From: an uncultured Chloroflexia bacterium
GTDB lineage: Bacteria; Chloroflexota; Anaerolineae; B4-G1; SLSP01
Reading direction: 5' to 3'
Length of the DNA: 64,000 nt
Assembly (NCBI GenBank): GCA_963751345.1
Contig: CAVVUS010000010.1
Location: forward strand, 208,753-272,752
The notes under the pieces were generated by a model. The model was not told the origin of the DNA. It did no database searches and saw nothing but the letters and a program-made list of their open reading frames with translations. The position numbers were made by a program, and so were the translations under genes. Shown one piece after another: positions 9,782 to 21,934 of the stretch (the stretch's first letter is position 1; each line of letters begins with the position of its first letter).

Positions 9782-9910
9782 TGGTCAGCTAAACTGATTC
9801 GTGGGGACTGTCATCCTGAACGAAGTGAAGGATCTATGCCTCGCAAGGGTAAGATCCTTCGCCTGCGGCTCAGGATGACGACTCTAGTCTTCAACCTAAC
9901 TATCCACTAG
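9778..9910. mobile_element. MITE-like palindromic element (133 bp)
   Basis: CTAG at both ends; 20-bp imperfect terminal inverted repeats; internal GTCATCCTGA...GAAGGATCT/AGATCCTTC...TCAGGATGAC palindrome. Confidence 0.65.
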
Positions 9911-9926
9911 CGGTAAGGAGCTGGTC

Positions 9927-10386
9927 ATGGATGACAAGGATGTAGTAGAGCAGGTCGAACTGCCGGCATCGGAGCCCGTTGCCGGTCGCGGACTAGAGCC
10001 CACGGAGGCGCGGACCGCGCAAGGTGAATCTCGATGCGTTGTTCGGGGCGACGGCCCTGGTATGGATGGGCGTTGTGCTTCTGGCCTCCAACTTGGGCTA
10101 TCTTGGCTGGTTCACGTACCAGGGCGGAAGGCTGGCGTGGGATCTACCGTTCCGACCGGCTGCGTGGCGGCTGGTCTTCCTGGGTGTAGCGGTGATTGTC
10201 GGGGCTGAGATCGCCGTGCGTTTGCTCGTTCCCCGATATCGCCGGAATGTCCTGGGTTACACGATCCTCGTGATTGTCTTCGTCTCGCTTGGCCTGGGCT
10301 ACGTCAATGTCATCTGGCCGGCGATCCTGATCGTGCTGGGCGCCGCGTTGATGCTGCGCAGACGACGCGGTAGGTCCGAGGAGTAG
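9927..10386 (+). CDS. Small membrane protein (probably one gene, frameshifted near 10020)
   Basis: AAGGAG RBS before 9927; four hydrophobic segments in the 10024 frame. Confidence 0.6.
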
Positions 10387-10508
10387 CGGACCGACCTCGG
10401 TACTATCTGGGCGCTCTGGGCATCTATCCGGGAGAGACTATCATCATCATTGACGGCGAAGGCGAGCCGGAACGATGAGCGCCGGACAGACGCGCCGTTT
10501 TTCGTTGC

Positions 10509-10536
10509 TTGACATCTGGCACGCTGCCCCTATAAT
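10509..10536 (+). promoter_or_regulatory. Consensus promoter TTGACA-N16-TATAAT of the aspS-gatCAB leader
   Basis: Perfect -35 and -10 hexamers. Confidence 0.85.
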
Positions 10537-10595
10537 CTAGGCTAATGGACTCGGTGGCAGCGAATCGTCCAATTCTCATAGGAGGCACGTGCTCG

Positions 10596-10673
10596 ATGTT
10601 GTTGTTGAATCAGTACCAGCAGATCAACGATAACGATAATCCCGGCGTGCGCCTGTGGGAGGGTCGAGCCTAG
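10596..10673 (+). CDS. Leader peptide MLLLNQYQQINDNDNPGVRLWEGRA (25 aa)
   Basis: AGGAGG RBS at 10580-10585; 9 of codons 5-15 encode Asn, Gln or Asp. Confidence 0.8.
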   Translation: MLLLNQYQQINDNDNPGVRLWEGRA

Positions 10674-10698
10674 CCGCTCAGAAACTAGCCAAGGACCC

Positions 10699-10734
10699 AA
10701 GCCACGGGCGCACGCAGGTGCTCGTGGCTTTTTT
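10699..10734 (+). terminator. Attenuator terminator 1
   Basis: AAGCCACGGGCGC/GTGCTCGTGGCTT stem plus U tract; the 5' arm can alternatively pair with 10645-10658. Confidence 0.85.
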
Positions 10735-10751
10735 CGTGCTTCAGTCTAGCG

Positions 10752-10787
10752 AAAGCCACGGACCGGCGTAAGAGCCCGTGGCTTTTT
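10752..10787 (+). terminator. Second terminator-like hairpin in the leader
   Basis: AAAGCCACGG/CCGTGGCTTT stem plus U tract. Confidence 0.7.
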
Positions 10788-10819
10788 GCATAACTCGGGC
10801 ACAAGAGGGGGGATGTCGA

Positions 10820-12596
10820 ATGGAGAAACGGACGCATCGATGCGGGGCCTTGCGGTCGGAGCACATCGGTCAGCACGTCACGCTGATGGGGTGGGTGCGC
10901 ACGCGACGTGATCATGGTTGGCTGATCTTCCTCGATCTATGGGATCGCGAGGGCGTGACCCAGATTGTCGCCGATCCCAACGATTCCGCCGATGCCCACG
11001 CGGTGGCTGGGGACCTCAGGGATGAGTATGTCATCGCCGTAAGCGGCGTGGTGCGCGCGCGACCACAGGGCACGGAGAACCCCAGCCTGGCCACCGGAGA
11101 GATCGAGGTGGTCGCCAACGCTATCGAGATCCTGAACGCCACGACGCCGCTCCCCTTTCCCGTCGAAGATGCGCCGAAGGTGGATGAGGTGGTACGTTAC
11201 CGTTACCGCTACCTGGACCTTCGGCGTGAGGCGATGCAGCGGAACTTTCGGCTCCGCCATCGCGTGGTCAAGACGCTGCGTGATTTCCTGGACACAGAGG
11301 GCTTCCTGGAGGTTGAGACGCCGGTCTTGACCCGGAGCACGCCCGAGGGTGCCCGAGACTACCTGGTGCCCAGCAGGATTCATCCCGGTGAGTTCTACGC
11401 GTTGCCGCAGTCGCCCCAGCAGATGAAACAGTTGCTGATGGTCGCCGGCGTGGACCGCTACTATCAGGTGGCGCGCTGCTTTCGCGATGAGGACCTCCGG
11501 GCCGACCGCCAGCCCGAGTTCACGCAGTTGGACCTGGAGATGAGCTTTGTCGAGCAGGAGGACGTCCTTTCCATGGTCGAGGCGATGGTCCGTGAGATCG
11601 TCGCGACGGCGGCGCCCGACCGTCCTCTGGCGACGACGCCCTTCCTCCGGCTGACCTACGACGAGGCGATGGCGCGGTACGGGACGGACAAGCCCGATCT
11701 GCGTTTCGGCATGGCCTTCGTCGACTGCTCGGCGATTCTGTCAGAGAGTGAGGTGCGGATCTTCCGGGACGTCACCGCGGGGGGCGGGGCCGTCAAGGGA
11801 TTCCGCGCTTCGGGGTACGGCGCGACCTCTGCGACGGAGCTGGAGACGCTGCAGACGTTGAGCAAGGAGTTGGGCGCCCAGGGCGTGATCTGGTTCCGCG
11901 TTCGGGACGGCGGGTTGGACGCTCCTGTTGCGCGCCATCTCAGCGCCGAGGAGCAGCGGGCGCTGATCGAGGCCTTCGACGCCGGGGATGGGGACCTGCT
12001 GCTGCTGGTGGCAGGTGCCCTCGACGTCGTCAACGGCGCGCTCGACGGGCTGCGTCGGGAAATGGGTCTACGTCTGGGTCTGATCGATTCGGGAGCCCTG
12101 GCCTTCGCCTGGGTGGTTGACTTTCCCGCTCTTCAAATGGGACGCAGACAATCACCGTTGGGATTCGGAGCACCATCCGTTTACCAGCCCGCGACCGGAG
12201 GATCTTGCGACACTTGAGTCGGATCCGGGTGGGGCACGCGCCAGTTGCTACGATCTGGTCTGTAACGGTTGGGAACTCGGGTCGGGCTCGATCAGGATCC
12301 ATCAGCGGGCGCTTCAGGAACGCGTGCTCAAGTTGTTGGCTTACACGCCCGAGGAGGCAGAGGCCAGCTTTGGTCACTTGATGGAGGCCTTCGAGTATGG
12401 CGCGCCGCCGCACGGTGGGTTCGCTGTGGGCATCGATCGCCTCGTCGCGATATTGGCCGGGACTGACACGATCCGGGATGTGATTGCCTTCCCGAAAACG
12501 CGTCAAGCCACCGACCTGACGATGCGCGCGCCGGCGCCCGTCACGGCTGCCCAACTGGAGGAAATCCACATCCGGATTGCAGGACGCCGCCGTTAG
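10820..12596 (+). CDS. aspS: Aspartate-tRNA(Asp/Asn) ligase, probably non-discriminating (frameshift near 12125)
   Basis: [35 protein letters not shown] and GAPPHGG motifs across two frames. Confidence 0.95.
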
Positions 12597-12671
12597 GGGA
12601 CAGCCCAAAGATCAAGTTAGCTGAGCACCAACGTGGCGGGAGGAAGGGCATTTAGGGACGAGGAGGTAGAG

Positions 12672-12995
12672 ATGACAACCCCTGACGAAGGGCACGTGAT
12701 CGATCAAGCGTTGGTCGAGCACGTCGCTTTCCTGATTCGACTGGCGTTGACGGATGACGAAGTGGAGACCTTTACCGAGCAGTTGAGCACGATCGTGGGG
12801 TACTTCGATCGGCTGGCCGAGGTCGATGTGACCGACGTGCCACCGTATCGCCAAGCTCAGATGGGACGTGCACGCCTCCGTGACGACGAGGTGAGGCCTT
12901 CGATGGCCCGCGAGGACTTCCTGGCAAATGCGCCACAACAACAGGATGGGTTTGTGCGTGTTCCCGTCGTCCTGGATGTTCCTGACGAAGGCTGA
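12672..12995 (+). CDS. gatC: Asp/Glu-tRNA amidotransferase subunit C
   Basis: VEHVA.L.RL, LRDD and LANAP...VP.V motifs; position in the operon. Confidence 0.9.
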   Translation: MTTPDEGHVIDQALVEHVAFLIRLALTDDEVETFTEQLSTIVGYFDRLAEVDVTDVPPYRQAQMGRARLRDDEVRPSMAREDFLANAPQQQDGFVRVPVVLDVPDEG

Positions 12996-13004
12996 GGAGG
13001 CGCC

Positions 13005-14470
<1,466 letters not shown>

Positions 14471-14488
14471 CGGGAGGAGCGTAGCGCC

Positions 14489-15952
14489 ATGGCGAACGAC
14501 ACATACGAAGTAGTCATAGGGATGGAAATCCACGCCGAGCTGCGGACGGCCTCAAAGATGTTCTGCGGCTGCCCTGTGGTCGATACGACCGTAGCCGAGC
14601 CGAATACCGCCGTCTGCCCCGTTTGCACGGGGCTGCCGGGTGCGATGCCGGTTGTCAACAAGCGTGCCGTTGAGCAGGCGATGATGGTGGGGCTGGCGCT
14701 CAACTGCCGGATCAATGAGTTCACCAGCTTCGCCCGCAAGAACTACTTCTACCCCGACCTGCCCAAGGGATACCAGATCTCACAGTACGATCATCCCATC
14801 GCGACCGACGGCTGGCTCGAGATTCGGACCGATGACGGCGAAACGGTGCGGGTTGGGATCACGCGCGCGCATCATGGAGGAGGACACGGCCAAGAGCTTC
14901 CACCACGGAGCCGGTGGGTACACGCTGATCGACTTCAACCGGTCGAGTGTGCCGCTGCTCGAGATCGTCTCAGAGCCCGACATGCATTCGGTTGCTGCGG
15001 CTCACACCTATGCGACGAAGATCCGCGAGATCCTTCGCTACCTCGGCGTCAACACGGGTGACATGGAGAAGGGGGTGCTGCGCTTCGAAGCCAACGTCTC
15101 CGTGCGCCCACGTCGGCAGCGAGATCCTCGGCACCCGGACGGAGATCAAGAATCTGAACAGCTTCCGGGCACTGGTGCGGGCATGCGAGTACGAGATCGA
15201 CCGCCAGATTGACGTCGTCGAATCCGGCGGCATCGTGGCGCAGGAGACGCTGGGATGGGACGAGGCGCGCGGCGTAACCTATTCCCAGCGCAGCAAAGAA
15301 CACGCCCACGACTATCGATACTTCCCGGAGCCGGATCTGCCTCCGCTCTACATCGATCGCGCCTGGGTTGAGGAAGTGGCGGCGACACTGCCCGAGCTGC
15401 CCGATGCAAAGTACGCTCGACTGGTCAAAGCCTATGGTCTCCCGGAGAACGACGCCCGCATCCTAGTCGGCGACCAGACGCTCGCCGACTACTTTGAGGC
15501 AGCCGCCGGAATCTACGATGGAGAGGCCGCGTCGGTGAGCAAGTGGATCGTGGGCGAATTGGCAGCGCTGATGAACCGGCAGGGAGTGGCCGTCGACGAC
15601 ATCCGCGTGACGCCGGAGGCGCTCTCGTCGCTGGTCGCGCTCGTCGACAAGGGCACGATCAGCCAGAACAGCGCGAAGGACGTCTTGGGTGCCATGTTCG
15701 AGACCGGCAAAGCCGCCCAACGTCATCGTACAGGAGAAGGGACTTGTTCAGATCTCCGACCAGGATGCACTCTCGCAGGTCGTCGATCAGGTGCTGAGCG
15801 AGCACCCAGGTGAGGCGGCAGCATACCTCGAGGGCAAAGAAAGCCTGCTACAGTGGTTCATGGGCCAGGTGATGCGTGCGACGCGTGGCCGTGCCCAGCC
15901 GCAGACGGTCCTCGGACTGCTGCGCGAGAAACTCGAAGCCCGTCGGTCCTGA
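14489..15952 (+). CDS. gatB: Asp/Glu-tRNA amidotransferase subunit B (three frameshifts)
   Basis: [34 protein letters not shown] and MGQVM motifs in successive frames. Confidence 0.95.
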
Positions 15953-15959
15953 GACGCCA

Positions 15960-15996
15960 AAGATTGGACCAATCTTCCGAAGATTGGTCCAATCTT
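15960..15996. repeat. Nested double palindrome
   Basis: AAGATTGGACCAATCTT-CCG-AAGATTGGTCCAATCTT. Confidence 0.8.
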
Positions 15997-16055
15997 GCCT
16001 TCTTCGGAGGGGGATTCCTCCTCCCCGTCCCTCACCCACGGGGAGAAGGTGTCTG

Positions 16056-16781
16056 TTACTCGGCCTTCGCCTTCTTCTTCCGCAGCACCAAGATGACCAC
16101 GATCGCGACGACCACACCCATGATCGCACCGGGCAGCCACGCAGGCGGCTCAGGTAGCGGCTCAGGCAACTGCTCCGGCGGCACCTTCGCCGCCGACCAG
16201 TCGACCTTGCCGGAGCGCGTGCCGGTGGTGTCCACATCGCTGAAGTCAGCGCCTGTGACATCCACTCTCTTTAGCGTGGCGCTTGTCAGATCGGCACCGG
16301 TGAAGTCCGCGTTCTTGAAGTTGCTGCCGGCGACCTTGGCCGCCGTGAAATTGGCGCCGCGCGCGACGGCGCCCTCCAGGTTGGTGCCCATCAATGCGGC
16401 GTCCGTCAAGTCCGCATCCGTGAGGTCGACCTTCTCCAGATTGACCCCCGCGATCTTGGCTGCCGTCATTCGCGCCTTGCGGAGCAATGCTCTGGCCAAG
16501 TTGACGCCCATGAACTTCGCGTTCGTCAGGTCAGCGCCCGTGAGGTCGGTCTGATTCATATCGGCGCCCGCGAACAGGCCGCCCGCCACGTTGGCCCCGG
16601 CCAGACTGGCGCGCTGCATCTTGAGACCTGCGAACTTCATCCCCGTGAGATCCACACCGCTCATGTCGGCGCCGCTGAGGTCGCGCTGGGCAGCCATTTT
16701 CTGGGCGATCTCCGCCCTGGTAGCCAACCGCGCCGGAACCTCTGCAACCACCGCATCTTCCTGTTTACTCTCTTCGTTCAT
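16056..16781 (-). CDS. Pentapeptide-repeat protein with C-terminal membrane anchor
   Basis: Many A(D/N)LxX repeats; hydrophobic tail followed by RKKK; AAGGAG RBS. Confidence 0.9.
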   Translation of the reverse strand: MNEESKQEDAVVAEVPARLATRAEIAQKMAAQRDLSGADMSGVDLTGMKFAGLKMQRASLAGANVAGGLFAGADMNQTDLTGADLTNAKFMGVNLARALLRKARMTAAKIAGVNLEKVDLTDADLTDAALMGTNLEGAVARGANFTAAKVAGSNFKNADFTGADLTSATLKRVDVTGADFSDVDTTGTRSGKVDWSAAKVPPEQLPEPLPEPPAWLPGAIMGVVVAIVVILVLRKKKAKAE

Positions 16782-16881
16782 CTCGTTCTCCTTTTCGCTT
16801 CCGCTTACTCTGCTGAGACTCCCGCCAACCAGAATATACGAATTCCCCAGGCCAAGGTTGCACCTGAAGGCACCCTGTATT

Positions 16882-19404
16882 CTACCGCGTGCCGACTCGA
16901 CTTTCCAGCCTATCCAGCATCTGTAACATAGCGCTGCGCCGGCGACCGTCGTGGGGATCGACCGCAGCCAGTGCCTCGTGCAGCGGCTGGACTGCTGTTG
17001 CGCCAAAGTGCTCCAGTGTCTCTGCCGCTAGCTTCCGGACCTTGCGATCGGGGTCCGCCAGGGCATCGATCAGCGCGGGGATGGCGACGGGATCTCTCGC
17101 CACGGCGAGTCCACGGACCGCGCCCCGCCGCATCATGGCAGCATCGCGTGACAGTGTCTCGATCAGGGCGCGGACTGCGACTTCACCGCCGATGGCGCCC
17201 AGCTCCTGGGCAAGCCATGTGCCGCGCCAGTCCGTCGCATCCCTTACTTGCTCGACCAGATAGGGAACACAGCGTGGGTCGCGAAGCTCACGCAGGAATT
17301 CCACGGCGTCGTCGCGGTTATCATCGTCTTGCAGCTGCTCGACGAGGATTTCCGCGCCACGAGGATCGCCCTGTCGCGCGATGAAGTAGGCGGCCGCGGG
17401 GATGCGTTCGGTGATGGCCATCTGCTGGAGCGCCCCGGTTCCTTCACGCCCAGTCCCTCGATGATCCCGGACGCTTCGATCGCGTGCTCCGGGCTGGCGT
17501 CCCTTAAGTATGTGGTCAGGGTTTTCAGGTCCGCGGGCGTGGCCAACTTGGCCATCGCCCGGACCGCGGTGCGGCGTACTGCCTCCTCGCTGTCCCAGAG
17601 GGCCCCTGCGATGGTTGGCTTAACATGCGCCGCCACGTCCGGCCTTGACATCGCGATTCGGCTCAGGCACAGGATGGCGTAACGGCGAATGCGCGCCTGG
17701 TCGCTGTCCGCTGCATCGAGAAGGGGAGCTACGGCGGGCTCGCCGATCCGCACCAGTCCCGTCATAGCTTGCTGCCTGACCTTTGTGTAGTCGTCGTTCA
17801 GCGTACGGATCAGCATATCCGTGGCGCGCGGATCGGCGAGGGATGCGAGGGCGGACACAATCGCGCGCCGGAATCGCCGCTCCGGGCTGTTGGCCGCGAT
17901 CAACAGGAGGTCCGTGATGCCGGGCCCCAGCGCCGTGAGTTTTTGGGCTTCGCGAGCTATCTCCACCCTGTTCCACCCGCCGAGGGTGCTCATAACCTCC
18001 AGGGCTTTGATTCCCCTCCGGAGCCTGGCTCGCTCCTGGGGCGGCAGATCCTGATTCGCCTTAAGCGGTTCGACGAGTCGCAGCGCCGCGACCCAGTCAT
18101 TGCTCACCGCACCGGTCGAACACGCCACGACGAGACGTGCTTCGTGGGCACTTTCGGCGTTGGCGATCAGAGTGTCAAACACTGCCTGTCTCAACGATGG
18201 GCTCTGCGCCAGCAGATAAGTGGCGCCGGAGCCGATAGACGCGTGGCTGCTCAGATTCTCGATGGCCGAGGCCACCATGGGCAGAATCGCTGCCTCGAAC
18301 CGGAGCAGGGCATCGATAGCGGAAGCCCGAGTGTACTCCTCGTGTTGTGCGAGCAGGCTGTCGAACACCTCGGGTGAGATGCCTGTGCCGTGGAACACGT
18401 AGGCTTCTGCCGAGAGCCACGTCGCGTCCGGGTCGTCCTGTGAGAGCCCCTCAAGAAGGTCACGCGTCGTCATCGGGACGTCGCTTGCCAGCTGTGCCCA
18501 CGCGTGGCCGATCGTGCCACTGCCGTTGAGGCGCGTCCAGCCGGTCCCGATAGCGATCCAGGATGTCCCGCGGGTTCTCGATCGTAAGGTATCAGTCTGT
18601 CGGGCACGGGCTTTGGCGACGGTTGCTCTGATGTCTCCGATGTGAGATCGTGGATGAGCTCGGCTAGGCGTTCTTGATCCTCCTCGTCCGGTTCGAGATC
18701 CCAAGAGGTTCGGGCACGTCGACCAGATGGAGGTTGGCCTGCCAGGGGCGGAAGGCCGAAAGCTCGCCTCGTTCGATGGGGAGGCAGGCGAGGCCGGAAT
18801 CCTCGTTGAGGCTGTAGGGCATCCGCGTGATCCTGGGCAAATGGTGCGCCTGGCTGTTGCTCCAGCCGAGCAGCGCCCCCGCGAGTTTCCGCGTCGATTT
18901 CCCACGGTATCCCGAGGGGACGATCTCACCCGGAATGACGATGTGCAGGCTGCGATGTCCGCTGAACTTGTGCTGGTAGGGAACGCCATACCGCTCGAAG
19001 AGTGAGATGACGGCACTCACGTCCTGGAACGAGTCGCGCCAGGTGGGCAGATCGGCCTCGAAGACGCAGTCCATGTGCTGGTCTCGGGCGTGCGGGCCCT
19101 CACCGCCGGGACCCTTCCGGACCGACTGGTGGAACGCCGGGTAGAACTCCGGTCGTTTGTCCGCTCCGACCTCGGGCAAGTGTGCTTCGATCTTGCGCTC
19201 GATGAACTGTCGTAAGGCCGCGACGTCATCGCCTACGACCTCGTCCTTCTCCCAGTTCGGTTCCCAGTGCTTTCTCTCGGAGATGATGAGCACCACGCGC
19301 CGCCTCCGCACGGTGTCCAGGAGATAGCGCAGGAACGAGTCCTGGGTGTAATACTCGATGACTTCGCCAAGGGTGGGTCTTCGGCCGAGTGTGATTGTGT
19401 TCAT
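16882..19404 (-). CDS. AEP primase-like domain fused to HEAT/PBS-lyase repeats (several frameshifts)
   Basis: CVFEAD, KFSGHRSLH and TRMPYSLN motifs, then repeated L.D.D..VR..A...L helical repeats in overlapping frames. Confidence 0.65.
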
Positions 19405-19624
19405 AGGATCCTTTGGGGTTTTCTCGTCGAGTAGGCACCCGCTTGTGAAGGCCCGAGGCTGCTCGGGCTTGACCCGAAAGGTCTTCGCCGACCGTCGCAG
19501 GTTTCCCGAGGACGCCGCCTGATCTTGCACCAGGCATGGTCAAGCGACGCCACCTCGGTGGAGATGCCGAAACGTTGACAGGTGCCTGAGGCTGGAAAGG
19601 CATACTCCCGCAGCCTGATGCCCT

Positions 19625-20204
19625 TCAGGTGCTTTTCGTCCTCCGGCGATCCGTCAGGAGCCATTCGCCCAGTACGACCAGCGTCAACGACCCTGCCATC
19701 GCACCGGACCATACCACAAGGGTGATCAGTCCCATCTGATCTATTCGCTTCTCCGCCTCACGTAGAGACCGACCCGCAAGCACATAGCCTGGCTGTGCAC
19801 CTTCGTTACGAACGATCACGGAAGCAATGCGGACGCCCGGCTCGGGCTGCCACGTGATACGATCCTCCCCATGCTGCAGCGACGTAGCCAAAGACGCCCT
19901 CAGGCACGCCGGGAGTCTGGTCACGCAGCTGCACCGACGACGCAAGCACGTTGCTCTGGGCATCATAGACCACGATGAACGGCGCCAGGCTCTGAGCCAA
20001 GTCGACCTCGTGGCTGGGAATCACAGACTCGACTGACTCGCCTCGCGTCAGCGCCGCCGCGGCATCCTCAGCCATCTGGATCTGCGGATCGTTCGCTCCC
20101 ATCCTCAGCAGCTGCTGGGCGATCGTGTAGACAAGGCCACTGGCTGCCGATATCGCCAGGGCGATCGGAAGCCATCGCTTCAGAGTATTCCTAATCATAT
20201 GCAT
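19625..20204 (-). CDS. Two-TM membrane protein with extracellular sensor-like domain (frameshift near 19885)
   Basis: TM - ANDPQIQMAED - TWQPEPGVRIA - TM architecture. Confidence 0.65.
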
Positions 20205-20258
20205 GACAGATCTCCACCAAAAGGTCGCCAGCACAGCTCGCCGGGCCTCGACCATCGG

Positions 20259-21685
20259 TCACTTATTGTGCATCACCACCGGCACGTAGATGCGTTTTAG
20301 CGAACCGGGCGCCCAATATTCGTCGGCTCCCAGGTCGGGAACGCCGAATCGCGGCTGGCTGTCGATGTCGGTGAGGATCCCCGCGGGCACACCTGCATCC
20401 GCCGCCGCGGAAGCCGATCCGATGTGATAGCCGTCGGAGCCGAATTGGGGATTGCCGTTCACCTGGTGCTGCACGGATAGAGCGCCGCCTGTCAGGGAGG
20501 CGGTGACGGGCGTCCCGTACCACAGCACGCCATCGAGCGCCACGGTGCTGCTCGTCGTAATGCTGACGCCGACTGCGTGGCTGGACATCACCGTGTTGGT
20601 CATGGACAGCGTACTGTGGGTGGTTCCGGCGTCGGTGACGAAACGTTGCGCTGCCGTCGCCCCCGGCGTTGCGGGCCATGGTCGTATGCAGCGCCTGCGG
20701 CTTGGATCCTCCGACCCACAGGCCACTCCCCGACATGCCGGCCTCGTTATCGATCAGCGCGTTGTTGACCAGGAGGCTGTGGCTGTACCACAGGTAGATA
20801 CCGCCACCCTTCTTCGCACTGTTGTCGGAGATCACGTTGGCATAGAACGTCGGGCTGCACGAGGCGACGTCGATCCCGCCGCCAAAGTTCAACGTAGCAT
20901 TGTGACTGATCGTGTTTCCCTTAAGCGTCGCGGCGCTGGAGAACAGATATACGCCGCCGCCGATGTTGCCGGAGGTGTTGGAGATGATGTGGGCTGGCCT
21001 CCACGTCCACGGCGCCCTGGTACGAGAACAGCCCGCCGCCTCCGGTGTCCGCGTGGTTGTCGGAGATCACACTGTCCAGGACCCTGCCGCTGCTGCCGGC
21101 AATGAATGCACCACCTCCATGCCTGGCAGTGTTACTGTATACCCGAACATCGATCAAAGTCGCGGTCGCGGTCATCACGTAGATGCCGCCGCCTGCGTCA
21201 GATGTTCCAGAGTACTCGTATCCGCCCAGGCCAGTGGCATCTCCGTTGGTGATCCGTAGCCCATCGAGGGTGGGCTGGATGTCACCGACGATGTAGACGC
21301 CCCGGCCCCGCCCCTCAGCGTCCAGCGTCGTGGGATAGGCCTCCGTGTCCCGAGTTGAGAAGTCGGCGCTGTAGCCGCCCCGTATGACCACGGTCTTGCT
21401 GATGTAGACTGTCTGCGTGACGAGGCCCGCAGATGTCGCGTCGTGCCGAGGCCGGGTCGTGGTCTGGGTGTAAAGGCCGGTGGCGACGCGGATCTCGTCG
21501 TTCGGTGCCGCGGCGTCCACCGCTGCTTGCAGATCGCCAAAACATGGCGCTGCGCCACCGCAATTGCTGCCTGGGGCGACGTAGAGCACACCCGGGTCTG
21601 CCCGTGCACCGGGCGGATGCATAGCGAGGAACAGCGCGACGGTAACCAGACAGGAAACGCAGAGCAAGGCAGCCGGTCTCTTCAT
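20259..21685 (-). CDS. Secreted right-handed beta-helix protein with C-terminal IYVPVVM tail (frameshifts)
   Basis: Signal peptide, LQAAVDAA, N.A..GGG repeats and DLGADE. Confidence 0.75.
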
Positions 21686-21735
21686 AGGTAGACCTCCCGG
21701 AACTATAATGTCCAGACATACACTCGCGCAGGGCC

Positions 21736-21763
21736 ATTATACGCGTCGCCCCTTGCAGTTCAA
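21736..21763 (-). promoter_or_regulatory. Promoter TTGAAC-N16-TATAAT
   Basis: Direct match upstream of the beta-helix gene. Confidence 0.6.
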
Positions 21764-21934
21764 TGAGAGACCTGGCGCCGGCGGATCCCGGGAAGGCGCG
21801 AAGGAATGTGGAAATGGTGAGGATCTGAGCACGCAGACGCTTGACACGTAGCCGAACCGGGGTGAACCTGGTGTCGCCTTCAGGAGTAGTATTAACATGG
21901 TGATTCTTCGTCTCGCGGGAACTGAGGTGATCGG

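Noticed and set aside
10537-10800. T-box riboswitch upstream of aspS
   Set aside because: No GGTGGNACC T-box sequence or stem I motifs; the uORF and antiterminator explain the region better
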